From: Psilocybe cubensis | Lineage: Eukaryota | Reading direction: 5' to 3' | Assembly: GCA_017499595.2 (NCBI GenBank) | Contig: CM039002.1 | Span: 2,294,001-2,358,000 of the forward strand | DNA: 64,000 bases | Shown: positions 11,730 through 24,719 of the stretch, piece by piece | Layout of the letters: each line of letters begins with the position of its first letter | Numbering within the stretch: position 1 is the first letter of the stretch | Made by a program: the position numbers and the translations under genes | The notes under the pieces: model-generated | What the model was told of the DNA's origin: nothing | Databases searched by the model: none | The model's input: the letters and a program-made list of their open reading frames with translations, nothing else

Positions 11730-13580
11730 ATGGCTGAAAACTCGTCTTATTCATCAACTCGCAGTCATGTATTCCACGGCCAATCGCGCATCCGAAAGGT
11801 GGCTACTGTTAATGCTTATGGGATGAACTCAATTTTCAGTATGGAACTCTCACCCGATGGAAAATTCCTGGCTATTGGAAACGATGATGGTGCTTTAGAG
11901 GTAAACGTTGATTATAGCTTGTGATACTGGTGCCACGACTGACCACATCGTGGGATTATAGATTAAGGCCCTTGTTGGAAACAACTGGACACGTGCAAGC
12001 GTTTATCTGACTGGGGCGGCTGTTCGAACTATCGTTTGGCACCCTACAGAGCATGCTACCCTTTTTTCTGGGTCAGCCAATGGCAACATTTACAAAATCG
12101 CAGTTAAACCTAGCGAGGCATGTTGATGCAACTTTTTTATACAACATCCCAACTGATCATGAGTTCCCCAAGGTTGACGAAATTTCTCGCTCTGTGGTTC
12201 CGGGGTTCATACATTTGCTCCAACTATCCCCCAATGGACGAAAATTGGTCATTGCCTATGGACGCACGGTATCCGTTGTTGCAGACCCATTTCCCCGTAA
12301 GTGTTTCATCGTCTTTGTCTTGTATCGATGCTGATGGTGGATCCTTAGAGCGAGATGACATTGGGACCCTTATGGACCTTGAAATTAGCACGGTCGATAC
12401 TGTGTGCTCTTTCACTGATTATCATCTCCCTAGGGGCATTTTTTTTCTACCAGATGATACAATCATTATATCATTTTTTGGGAAGCGAGGAATGATGTGA
12501 GCCTTATTTTGGGCCCTCCGACCCTCGCGTTATGTTTCCGTTTGCTGATGCAGTAATTTATATCAGAGCGTTCTCCACCTCCCACTATAATGAAACTTGG
12601 CACATTCCAATTAAACCCGAAACTTGGTCGGTGACCCCAATATAACATCTCAGACTTATAACCATGGCTAATGTAACAGAAATTGGCAACAGGGTTGCCT
12701 CGGCGGCTATCTTACCTTCAGGGGAGCGTATTGCTGTTCTTAATTTGAACAATGAAGTCGATTTTTACTCCACATCGTACCGAAAACATATCTCTACAAC
12801 GCCTATCAACGTACCGGGACCTGTACCTCATCAGAGAAAGTTCATCGCTGATATAACTTTTATCGACGATGAAACTGTTGCCTTCGGACATTCCAACGGC
12901 TATGTCGGCTTTATCACGTATGGCATGACCGACAGTGTTAAAACCTTCACCATAGACGGTGACGGACCCAAAGGTGAAGTGTTTCGATGTCCGTGGATCT
13001 AGAAAACTATAGCTCAACTTCTCATAGGTCCAATACAGACGATAGCATATGGACTTATTGGCCATCAACCGCATATCCTAGCCGTTATCCCTTCTTCCTT
13101 GGCTGCGTCCGGTGTCAGACCCCACTATCATGCTGATGTTCATATTGGTCGCATCTCCAACTCGCCTGTTACTAGTACTCGAGACTCCTCGGAATTCGAT
13201 TCTGTGGTCAGTCTACATTTTTAAATGTGTCGATCGTTTTGGTATTGACCATGAGATAGGAACTCGGCCGACACACACAAGGAGGTATTGAGAGATTGTG
13301 GGCTCAATTACCTTTCTGCAAGGCATTGATCAAAATTGCAACTGGGAAGGCATCATCTTTTGTGGGCGCCATGGCGTTGGCTTGGACAGCTGCAATGCTA
13401 GCTATGCTTTTTATGTGGTTCTCAACACCGTCAACGATTATGCCAAAGCTGGAATCAACTACAATGCAAGATGGCGGAACACCGACCACGGCAGGAGTGT
13501 GTATCTGTACATTGTCTGGAACCATGGCCCAAGCAACTATGTCTCCGAGTCCCCTCCGCGGAGGGAAGTGGGGTCAATAA
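11730..13580 (+). CDS. WD40-repeat protein with C-terminal hydrophobic (TM) segment, multi-exon
   Basis: WD-like blades (IFSMELSPDGKFLAIGNDDGALE; VRTIVWHP; IHLLQLSPNGRKLVIAYG; IADITFIDDETVAFGHSNGYV) joined by GT-AG introns; terminal FVGAMALAWTAAMLAMLFMWF. Confidence 0.75.
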
Positions 13581-13729
13581 TACCAATCACAGTAGTTACA
13601 CCGCATCGTATGTAGGCAAATTTTCAAAATTTATCACCACGGAGTTCTTTGGGGTGTGTCTTTGACCTCCGAATCGTACATATATTGAAGGTATCTCACA
13701 AAATTCGAACAACACATTTTCTCATCTCA

Positions 13730-15995
13730 ATGGCCAATGTCGCTCAGGTGACCAGAGATTTCATCTCTGGTCTCACATCCCTCTCTTGGGATTCCCCTGG
13801 ACAAAGGGCTATAAATGCCTTGCTCGCTCCCGCCCTCGACGCTGAACTCGCTCTACGAACCCTTTTTGTGGTTCAACCTGATCATCCTGTGCTCAGAGAT
13901 CCATACGTTGGCCTCATTGATGCATTCGCTACACCGATTTCTGCCAGGAGGACATGGCCCAGGTCTACTGGAAGTATATCTCTTGGAAGCATGGTTGTCG
14001 GTCATCAGACTATAACACCTGAAGGTCGAACACGAACTTCCTTTTTCCCAAGGCATTATATGTTTCCTTTGCCTTTTCACCTGCGTCGCAGAAAGGGCGT
14101 TAGTTGCATCGTAAACGATTTAGATACCTTCAAGGCCAACTTTATTCTCTTTACGGGACACGCCTTTATGAAAATGCGCCATTGGAATAATGTCGTGGTC
14201 GCCGGGGGCTCTATCCTTGCTTGTCTTGGAGCCCAGCCTGATGACATGGATAATGTGGCTTTGAACACCTTGTTCAACTCCAACGCGTATAAAAGTTCCG
14301 ACGTCGACGTGTTTCTTTATGGACTCACTCCCTTGGCCGTAAGCATCTCTTTGTTTTGTTTTCTGTTTTTAGTAAAGGCTACGTTCAAATTGTCCCACAG
14401 GCGAAACGTCGAATGCTCGAAATTTACGACGACATCCGGGCTGCCATTCCTCATCGATCGATCTGCATACGAAAGGCTAACACCATCACGATCTATAGCA
14501 AGTAAAATAGCCTATCGTTTGCTGATTGTTACTAAATGGAAATCATATAGCTGCATGGCCTCACCGCCCAGTGCAAATCATCCTTAGACTTTACGCGTCT
14601 CCGGCTGAGATTTTGGCTGGATTTGACATTGACTCATCTTGCATGCTCTACAACGGTCAGTGACCTCATAAATTTGATGTAACTTGAACTAACTTGTTCT
14701 GCACCAGGCGACCGAGTCTGGCTTAATTGTCGAGCTCTTGCTTCCTTGATACGTCAATGCAATACCGTTGATTTGAGCAGAAGGTCACCGTCATACGAGA
14801 TACGGCTGGTGAAGTACTCTGAGAGAGGGATGGAGATATATATTCCTTTCCTGCGTCGTGATTTGATCGACCCATCTTTTGTAAGTTAGCGCTCTATGAA
14901 ACTAGATATCAGTTATACATCCCTTCATTTCAGGTATATAATAAGTCGCTGGACCGCATACCTCTAGGTCTCCCATGTCTCGTGGTGCTTGAAAAGCGCC
15001 GCGACGACCCTGACTACTACCATAAGATCTTCGTACGCAAAAACTGGGCATCAAAAAATTATCTCAGGAAGGAGCCTCATTTATGGCCTGAAGACTACGA
15101 CCCAGTGGACCGTTTATTGGCCAGTAACTACGATTTCTCGTGGGTCAAGATACCTTTTGGAAAGAATTGGAATGCCGACAGGGTGATTAAGTTGGTGCAT
15201 AGGATTGTACGTGAGCCTCACAATAGCAGATGGAAACAATTAATGTATATAATTTATTTATACAGGACATGAAGATGAACAATGTTTACAATACTCACAG
15301 GGATCCCAATCGTCGTCTACATCGTCATGGAGCATCTACTGGCCATATGTTGCACTGTCTTTTTAGCAGTTGTTGCTTTGTGGGTGTCCGCTTATCGCCT
15401 CATTTACGTTCCCCTAAATTATATAATCGTAGAATTGTCCGAAGCCAGAAACAGAAGATGAAGAACAGCTAATTGAGTCGGAAAAATTTGTTTTCATTCG
15501 AGGACATGTTTCGTGAGTGGAAATACCAGGAGATATTGACAATCTACTTAGTACCATCACATCTACTACAGCTTTATAACAAACAATCCTGGCCAGCAAT
15601 TATTGACAGGGAGCTTCCGCCCGGAGACCACGGCGGATTGGACTCACGGGCTCTATTTCACTGAGGATGAAGACCGCAATGAAATGGATGCCACCAGGGA
15701 CGATGAAGTTTACCACCGGTCGTTGCAACAGATATGGGAGAACTCCCGAACATTTGAAGAACATGAAGACGACTTTAGGCCGCTTACCGTCAAAGATATA
15801 GATGAGTTGGGATATTTCGATGAACCAAAACCTGATTCTTGGCTGAGAGCTTGGGAAGTTCAAGCAGTCAAGGTAGAATCTGACGACGAAGCCGAAGCCG
15901 AGTTAGGGGCTGAGGAAGTTGAAGAAGGTACTCATGGTGAAGCGAGGGTCGAGATTGTCCTTGAGGACTCCGAAGACGAGGTAGAGTGCCCCTGA
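13730..15995 (+). CDS. Pol-beta-superfamily nucleotidyltransferase-like protein with acidic C-tail, multi-exon
   Basis: VVVAGGSILACL...SSDVDVFLYGL (hG[GS]...DxD pattern), then RPVQIILRLYASPAEILAGFDID and DLSRRSPSYEIRLVKY across introns; D/E-rich end. Confidence 0.65.
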
Positions 15996-17360
15996 CGAAT
16001 AGAATCATTCTTATGCTTCGGTCCTCTAATTTCATAGACAAATCTCCCCAATTTTTGTCGAAGCATGCCGAATATAGTTCAATAAATTTACACGGAGAGC
16101 TTGTTTACTTCCAACTTTAGCATTGTCTGCAACTCAAAGATATTAGTATGGAGCCGTAAGTCAAATATATGAGCGATTTGTGAGCAGGACCGCAGTGTAT
16201 TCGGTGTAACCAGAAATCATCACTCATAACCCTATATGAGGTTTTTGATGTACTCTGATATGTTCAGAATTTTTGCTGAAACCGAAGCGGAGGCCGATGA
16301 TGAATGTGTGGAGAATGGAGAATGCCGTTCAGGCAAGAGAGGAGTAGTACAGAACCCGCAAAAAAGAATATCCATCAACTTATTGTTTCTAGGTCTGAAT
16401 TCTTTCTCGCCTCAAACGTTCGTTGAGGCCACCCATAGTTCCAATTTTTCATTTCCACCTTTTGAGGATATAATTAGTACCTGTAGTCAGACATCCAACA
16501 GTTTGATTCGAATTCTACGCAGTACCCACCGTGATATGAAATGGATGCGAATTTTGATCCATTCAATCTGCACACGCTTCAAGTTTCATTGGCTAATATC
16601 TTTTAGTTACTCGCGATCAATATTGTTACATATATATGGCTCCTTCAATGCAAGAACTTTTATCCATACCTGAAAGTAATTTTTGCGTTGCCAACGACAA
16701 CCAGTTAATTAATCTTATGTGTCCATGTACCCAGTGTACAAGTGCTCCGCATCAAAGGAGCAACAAGTTACGTATGTGTACTACTTCGTCCGAAGAAAAT
16801 CCACAAGGTACAACTGGAATATTAATATCAATATTATAGGCGCCCGAGCTATATATATATGTAGTACGTAAATTTGCGGAAATAATTGAAACTTATGCCA
16901 GCGCCATGCCGACAATGATGCGTTCAAGAAGTTCCAGCCAGACATCGATGCCCGCCCGACCCCACTATGCTAGCATGTCCATCGTCCATTTTTCTGACAA
17001 TGCCACTGATTAAATATTCTATACACCCAGACTCTATACCCTCAAACGCAACGCCGCCCCCACTTTCCACAACATGTACAGTGTCTGAGTTCTCGGACGA
17101 TGGGTACCTGTCTGCGGTTTTTTCGCCATCTTCCGGAGTTGGGAGTTTTGGACGGGAATTTCATTTTCCACATCAACGGAGCTACCCGGTTGACTATCAT
17201 CAGCGCGATCAAACCATGCTTCTGAGCACCCCCCCTCGACCAACAGTCTCATTGAATTCGAACAGCAGTACACAATCGTGGCTCAACAATCTCTATAACT
17301 ATGATGGAAATGCCGATTTTTCTGATATTTCTTCATCCAGATCCATCAGTTACGCACCTT

Positions 17361-17606
17361 CTATCGATGAACGTCGTCCTGAGGCCGATAATTCTTTCCA
17401 TCATTCGGACTATGCCGCCACCACATTCGAAGAAGAAGATTACGATGAGGGACCTGAAAACGAGGATGAGCCACTTCAAGGCGCTATCCATGAACGTCGT
17501 CTTGAGGCTGATCAATTTTTCCATCACTCGGACTATGCCGCCACCACATTCGAAGAAGAAGATTACGATGAGGGAGTCGAAACCGAGGATGAGCCACTTA
17601 AAGGCG
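17361..17606 (+). repeat. In-frame tandem duplication, 2 x 123 bp (41 aa)
   Basis: (S/A)I(D/H)ERR.EAD..FHHSDYAATTFEEEDYDEG.E.EDEPL.G occurs twice, starting at 17361 and 17484. Confidence 0.9.
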
Positions 17607-18421
17607 GATACGACACGGAGGACGAAGACGGGGAGAGAAACGATCATGGATACGAGGCCGATGATGAGGTAAGCCGAGCGCGTTCTAACTATCCTAGCAA
17701 TACTAATTCGAGCATTAGGAAATTTCAGATTTGAGGAATGATGTAGAAGAAATGAAACGGACAATCCAAGAAATGTCGGATACCTTAAAGACTATTGCTA
17801 GTGCAATCAAGGAGGGACAAGCGCAAAGAATTTCGGCACCAGAAGTACTCCGGAAACAACAGCACTCAACAGGGCCGAGGAGACGTTCTGCTCAGAAGAA
17901 CATGCTCGCCGTACGATCTCATTCAACTTTATGCTGTGCAGCCTGTACTAATACAGTTTACTAGCGTCAGATCAGAAAGGAGCTTGAAAAGCTCCTGGGC
18001 GACATGCCGTTCGCTCGCAGAAATGTTATGTCTCCCCTTGAGCTGAATGCATTTGTCGCCAGGTGGAATGCTTCATCGCCCCGCAGGCGGCCTGTTTGTT
18101 GCGACATTGCCCAATTTAAGGTGGATCTTGTAGGATCGCCCAAGAGTCCATGGAACCAATCTGCGTCAAGGGTCTTCACTGTGCATTTTATGCAAGTATT
18201 TGCTCATATGAAGTATAGTGCTACGGAAGTACAAGATGGATTCTTCGTACGCATTAAATCACTCAAAGCCAGTTTAAACTCGCTTGCGGCGGACGAAAAT
18301 CGCAAAGCCAAAAGAAGGCGGGACCAACGAAGACAAGGTGTACGTACTTGAATTGCATACTTGAAGACTATCTGCTCACCCATTATCATTTTCAGCAATT
18401 TCATAGACGATTGGACATAAT

Positions 18422-21191
18422 CACTAGTCCCTACCACTTTTTATGATAAAACAATAGCAAGTGTTAGCACACTCTTTTTATAACTGTTGATGGTTTTATC
18501 ACAAAGCAAAATAATGAGAAGACTGGTCTATTTCTCATAAGTTTACTTCGCTTTTTCAAAGCCTTTTTCATTAGATAATACCCTTCTTTCTCATTATCTT
18601 TAGGGCGCTTTTTCATTACCTTTTGATTAGATACTAGCCTGGTTATTTGATAAGATTGTTCTACATCAATATATCTTATCTTTGCTTGGTCATTTCTGAT
18701 GCCATGCCATCAAATCAGGAACACTGTGGGTACTTCTAGGCCATGTCTATCAATCCATCAAAGCTATTATTAAATAAACTTTTCTCTCCTCGGCCCCTTG
18801 GTCTATAAATAGTGCTCATCCTATGCTACTTTTGTGCATTGCTGGCAATGGATTGGGCGCTTTTGGGGGCATTTCTGGACCGTTTCCCTTGGTGTTTTTT
18901 GGTAGACCTATAGTTTTAAAGTGTCCCAATCCGAATATGAAATCAGAATTGCAATATCTTTACTCATTATTGTGCAATTAAGCGTACGATGTTTTGATCA
19001 AAAAGCGCACCTTGAATAGCACCATCCAGGGGCTGGTATGCACCATTTTTACTATGCAATTATTTTTTATTTATAATAGACGGAGTACATGCCAAGTTTC
19101 AGATCAATTGGAGCAGTGGAACCTATTGAACTAGGATGTGCACCCTACCCCTCCTCCTACCCCTTGTACAAATGCCTTCCTGATCAGATAAATTTTTGCC
19201 CAACCAGGGCTGGGTAGGCGTCCATTATACCAATTTTTAGAGCCCAAAATCTTGGTGCAATTCTAAGATTTAAGGGTACTACCCCCTACTCCCTCCAGAA
19301 CTTGTGTATTTTATTATGGGATAGGATGGGCTCTCAGACCATTGAAAGACATGTAGATCCACTACAAACAGTACATAGAGTCCAAAATTTACCCTTGAAA
19401 GCCCTCTTCAACAAGGGAACATACTGATTTAAGGGGGGGTATGAGGATAGGTATGGTAGGTTATTGATCAGGCCATATCTCTACAAATACATTGTCATAA
19501 ATCATATTCTTGACGTCTACAGATACCTATAGTTGCCCCCTAAATATCTTTCTTAGGCTGCAAAAAGATCCGTCCATTAGCGGAGATGCTGCAGAGGGAA
19601 TACCATTCTTCATCAAAATGCATAGTATTTTCGCATTTACCATATATAAATGATTATGATCAGGAAATATAAAAGCAGGATAGTATAGCCTCAAAATGCA
19701 GCTTTCCAGAACATCAAGGATGTTGCGCATCGGACCAGTGGTTGCTGAGATATGGAAAGAAAGGTGTTGAAGAACCCATTAGAGACCCGGATGGATATTG
19801 GCCTTTATTTATGCTTTGTTTGTGGTCACCTCTTTGGCCTTTCTCCGAGATACATTTTGACATATCTCAGCTCATACTCATCGGATTCCCATGAGTCTAT
19901 ATACCACAGATAGGTGTCATTTAGGGCTACACAGCCGTATAGTTTATGTATTTTATAAGTGTTATCTTTTACATCATATTTTGCTTTTCCTCCATTTTTG
20001 AACAACAATGCTTCTTCTTCTTGTACCATCTTGTTAAGCGTTCTGGTCATTTGGCAGTATGAATATAATATGTAGAGGACCTTAGTAGCTATCTGTGAAT
20101 GTAAGATATGTGCATTTTGGTGAAGTATAAGTGGTGATATGGTCATATTATGTTGTACATCCAATACCTTTTTATTAGCCTCATAACCAAGGTGTTCCCC
20201 TTCACTCTGAATGCTTCAAAGATATATATTGCGTCTGTGGTACTATATAGAGCAGATTTACATACCTATATGTGCTGGAAATGGCCATTCTACCCCATAA
20301 TAAAATATACAAATTCTGGAGAGGATGGGGGGTAGTACCCTTAAATCTTAGAATTGCACCAAGATTTTGGGCTCTAAAAATTGGTATAATGGACGCCTAC
20401 CCAGCCCTGGTTGGGCAAAAATTTATCTGATCAGGAAGGCATTTGTACAAGGGGTAGGAGGAGGGGTAGGGTGCACATCCTAGTTCAATAGGTTCCACTG
20501 CTCCAATTGATCTGAAACTTGGCATGTACTCCGTCTATTATAAATAAAAAATAATTGCATAGTAAAAATGGTGCATACCAGCCCCTGGATGGTGCTATTC
20601 AAGGTGCGCTTTTTGATCAAAACATCGTACGCTTAATTGCACAATAATGAGTAAAGATATTGCAATTCTGATTTCATATTCGGATTGGGACACTTTAAAA
20701 CTATAGGTCTACCAAAAAACACCAAGGGAAACGGTCCAGAAATGCCCCCAAAAGCGCCCAATCCATTGCCAGCAATGCACAAAAGTAGCATAGGATGAGC
20801 ACTATTTATAGACCAAGGGGCCGAGGAGAGAAAAGTTTATTTAATAATAGCTTTGATGGATTGATAGACATGGCCTAGAAGTACCCACAGTGTTCCTGAT
20901 TTGATGGCATGGCATCAGAAATGACCAAGCAAAGATAAGATATATTGATGTAGAACAATCTTATCAAATAACCAGGCTAGTATCTAATCAAAAGGTAATG
21001 AAAAAGCGCCCTAAAGATAATGAGAAAGAAGGGTATTATCTAATGAAAAAGGCTTTGAAAAAGCGAAGTAAACTTATGAGAAATAGACCAGTCTTCTCAT
21101 TATTTTGCTTTGTGATAAAACCATCAACAGTTATAAAAAGAGTGTGCTAACACTTGCTATTGTTTTATCAAAAAGATGGTAGGTACCACTC
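18422..21191. mobile_element. Non-autonomous foldback DNA element, 2770 bp, with ~0.85 kb inverted arms and 7-bp TSD ACATAAT
   Basis: ACATAAT at 18415-18421 and 21192-21198. 18444-19286 is the reverse complement of ~20328-21170. AT-rich, no convincing ORF. Confidence 0.92.
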
Positions 21192-22033
21192 ACATAATTA
21201 GGCTTCTTCCTAACCTCAGGCGACACATTGCAATGTTTTTGAGGATGGGATATAGGGGCATGTCGTCCGACGAATCTGACTCTGAAGGCAATAGGTTCAA
21301 AGTACATCTTTGCCCCTGGAGACACCCCAATGTAACTCAGTGGTTGCACGCCATCGATGCGTTGGGGCTGGCCATGCGTAAAAATGCGAACCTGAAGCAA
21401 GGATCTTCTCAACGCGAACGCGAGCCTAGCACTAAACCCGGTGATCCCACCCGTTTCGTTCGTGGCCTACCTAGGAACTCGTATGAGCCTACGTGGTTAG
21501 ATAATCCAGACCACATCCAATTCGACGTGAGACCCACCGATGAGGTCTACAACTTTGTGCACGACAGAGAGGTCTACAGGTGAGTTTCTCCAAAAAGATT
21601 GTATCCAATATAATCAACTAATCTTGGATGGTAGCTATTTACTTGCACATATGCAACGACAATAAAGTTTCGCTTGCTACCACTATGTATTTCTTGCACA
21701 AATTTGGCCACAATAGAGCTTTGCTTCTAATGCCCAAATACATAGAATTATTCATTTAAAACTATCGAGACTAATAAAATTTATTTATTTCTATTAAATG
21801 ATTTGCCTTGTCGGGGACAAACTTAAGCATGAATTATACAATGAATGATCAGTGTGAGTTATAGAAAAACATCAGCAAAGTCAGAGTAGTTAGAGGAAGT
21901 CGATTTTTAGTCTCGGTGTCAGGATAGCTCGATTTTGTAAGAGATGGGTTAACATTGGAACGCTTATCTACCAAAGATTGCATGGCTTGGACATAGATTG
22001 GTCTAAACACTACAATATTTTCTCGGAAGTTTG

Positions 22034-22874
22034 TTAATGACCATTGTTGGCCTCCCAAATGCGGAGATCATGGTTGAGAGGTGCTATGTAGTTCGAGATA
22101 GCCTGCTGAACTTTCGAAGGGTGTCTCTTCAAAGCCTTCCGAATCGAAGCAAGGGCTCCACGGGTTAATCGAATTGCCTCTGCCACTCCCAAACGCCGAT
22201 GATACATATAATTGGCCAAAGCCTGCACAGTGATCAACCTTATTGGGTGCACATCAGTCAAATCCGGGTCCTGGATGGTGGCCATGTAAGCCTTATCGTA
22301 AAGGCCTTTCACTTTATCATGGATGTCAATGTCCAGCCTCTTCGAAAACAGATTCAGGAAGTGAATGAGATCAGCTTCTCTATCGACCAAAAAGATAACG
22401 TCAAAACAGAGAATTCCAAAGGCTCAGAAACTTACAAGACCAACAAATAAGGCACCACGCCAGTTTCTAAGTGGGAAACCATGGCCAATTCTCTTACAAA
22501 ACTTAACGCTTCCAAACCAAAAGCTTGGAAACGAGATATTGCCCGGTGACGTAGGTGCCGCTCTTCGTTGAGAAGAATGTTATCGATATGGTATAAGGCG
22601 TGGTGGAGGACCGACGATCTCAATATATCTGCTTCTCTGAATGTCATACCCTTCGTCGTCGAGTGGTTAACCAGTATTTGCCTGATTTCACGATAAGCTA
22701 CTGGCAGCCCATAGTTAAGTGTGTTAGTTTGGCTTCACCATTCCAGACATCAAGGCATACCTGTAGGTTCCTGTATGGTTGGTGGAGTATCCGAAATCCG
22801 TAACACTCTCCACGGACTCTCCACACCATTAATCGGCCCATCGTTAGGTAGAATGGATGAGGGAATAGTGGCAT
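22034..22874 (-). CDS. Highly divergent 14-3-3-like protein (copy 1)
   Basis: TFREADILRSSV (cf. 14-3-3 LTVEERNLLSVAY) and LYDKAYMATIQDPDLTDVHPIRL...IAPLNHDLRIW (cf. AYKAA...LPPTHPIRL...MQLLRDNLTLW). Start and exon limits approximate. Confidence 0.55.
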
Positions 22875-24719
22875 TAGACATCTGGAAAATGAAAGGTTAG
22901 AACACCCGAAATAAGGAAAAAATGGCGAAAATTATGATATACCAGGTTATGAGTTGGTATTAGTGGGATTTTGGATAGGGAATTGTTTAAGAAGAGTCCT
23001 AGAACTTGAAAGGTGAACTTACCAGAACCGATGCTGAGGTCAACACTGTGATCACGTGGAACCAAACACAAGTGGGTCCCATGGACTATATGAGTACATG
23101 ATCCCGAAAGGCAAACAAGCGCAGAGAACGGCGTTTTTCAGGCGCTGTCCCGTTACAATTTCTTGGAGTATTTATTGCAGGATCGAAATACGACAAGACT
23201 CGGGCTTTTAGAATAACGGATCACCAATTCAGGATTAGCACTGCGTCCCAAAGATCTCAATATATAGCATCAATAAATCTAGATCTGTCTGAACCGGGGG
23301 CGGGCGGGCGGTTATCGCTGTATACGCAAGGAAAGTCATAAGAACATACCACTACAGGCCTGTATAGTCAGAAGCCAAAATACGGAAGCTCGACGATACG
23401 GACTTCAATCGTGGAGTTTGTGCCGAAAAGATGCACTGTTGATGATGTTGGTAAACGAAAGCGTTCAGCATGCGCATGCATACCAGTATTGAGCGTACCA
23501 GCGTTGAGCATACCAGCGTTGATTACGTTGAACGTATGTACCACAGATCCCTCGATAGCGTAGTGACAGTGGTTAGGCTTGGATTTATATTGGCTGCATT
23601 ATCGGGATAAATGCTAGAAAATGCGTTGTCCACGGGTTATTTAAGTCAACAACAGTTTTCCCGTCAGAAACCAGAAAATTAGACCAGTAGGAAGTTACAG
23701 GACAGTTGAACTAAGACAGGAGGATGGAAAGCAGGACCAAAGTTACGATTGGTACAACAAAAGAATGTGCCTCCCATTGCCCACCAACCATGTGATCTCG
23801 ATCTCTAATTCTTATGAACCTTCGATACCCTACTACATCATGGACTTGTCACGGACGGATACGATCTGCAAGGCCCCTGCAAGACCTCGACGTTTAACAT
23901 CAAGGTCAAGATCAGCTTACGAGTGGACTATAACTCCCAGAGGTCAAGCTTTTACTTCTTCCTCTTCACCCTTGCCAGTCGCCGCCCTTCGATGTTCATC
24001 TATTTTTCGTACATCGCCTCCGACTTCCCGGCTTCTACCACCAAGGCCTAGTCCTGAACATAATCTCTTATAAGCCTCTCGAAATATCCTCTCGGCTTCA
24101 AGCCTCTTCATGGTACTCACATCTCTCAGGGGAGAAGCCTTACCTGGCGTTTCCTAACCCTTCTTCAGTTGCGGGTGAAGGACAACTAATCGGGGATGTC
24201 CTTACAAAGGGGTTTTTAAGCAGAGAAGAGGAGAATTTGAAAAAGACTTTGTGGGATGTCGTGAATGGTACTATGGGTGGGTATCAAGTTTTATGATAAT
24301 TGGCCTTCTAATGAAAATGGTTTGTTAGACTCACCATCGCGAAGAGGTGCCTTAAGAAGGAGAGTTTGGCACGGAAAGCCAGAGCTCTGTTGGAGTTGAC
24401 TAGTTGTGGCCAGATGGAGACGGCTACGTCTGAAGCGCTCTGCAACGTGGACGGCGTAACTCGAAAAATACGAACCTGCAGATTTAACACGTTTCCCAAG
24501 TTCCCCGCTCCTATGGAGGGAATGGATTCTCATGGTCATGGAAAGTTTAAGAACGCAAACATGGTGAGTAATCACCCAGATTAACCTTTTGTCGGGATTA
24601 TGATTGAGATAAATTTGAATTAGTACATCGTTAAACAAGAGCAGCACTTTAAATCTACCTTCTTACAAGCGTTCTGAAGGTTCAAAATCTTCTTCGGTCA
24701 ATCATCATAGAGGAGGATT

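Larger units (their letters stand above)
16967..21662 (+). pseudogene. Hypothetical gene (acidic N-terminus, coiled coil, 'GMSSDES' family) interrupted by the foldback element
   Basis: Exons at 16967-17668, 17728-17909 and 17964-18337, then QFHRRLDI|insertion|IRLLPNLRRHIAMFLRMGYRGMSSDESD...CPWRHPNVTQWLHAID. Removing 18422-21191 plus one TSD restores the frame. Confidence 0.7.

Noticed and set aside
18422-18427. CACTAG start suggesting the foldback is a CACTA derivative
   Set aside because: The other end does not read CACTA and the TSD is 7 bp, not 2-3 bp.
19527-20335. ORFs inside the foldback spacer as a transposase
   Set aside because: Short, AT-rich and without recognisable motifs.
23478-23523. 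3 x 15-bp repeat GC(A/G)TACCAG(T/C)(A/G)TTGA
   Set aside because: Too short to interpret; likely slippage.
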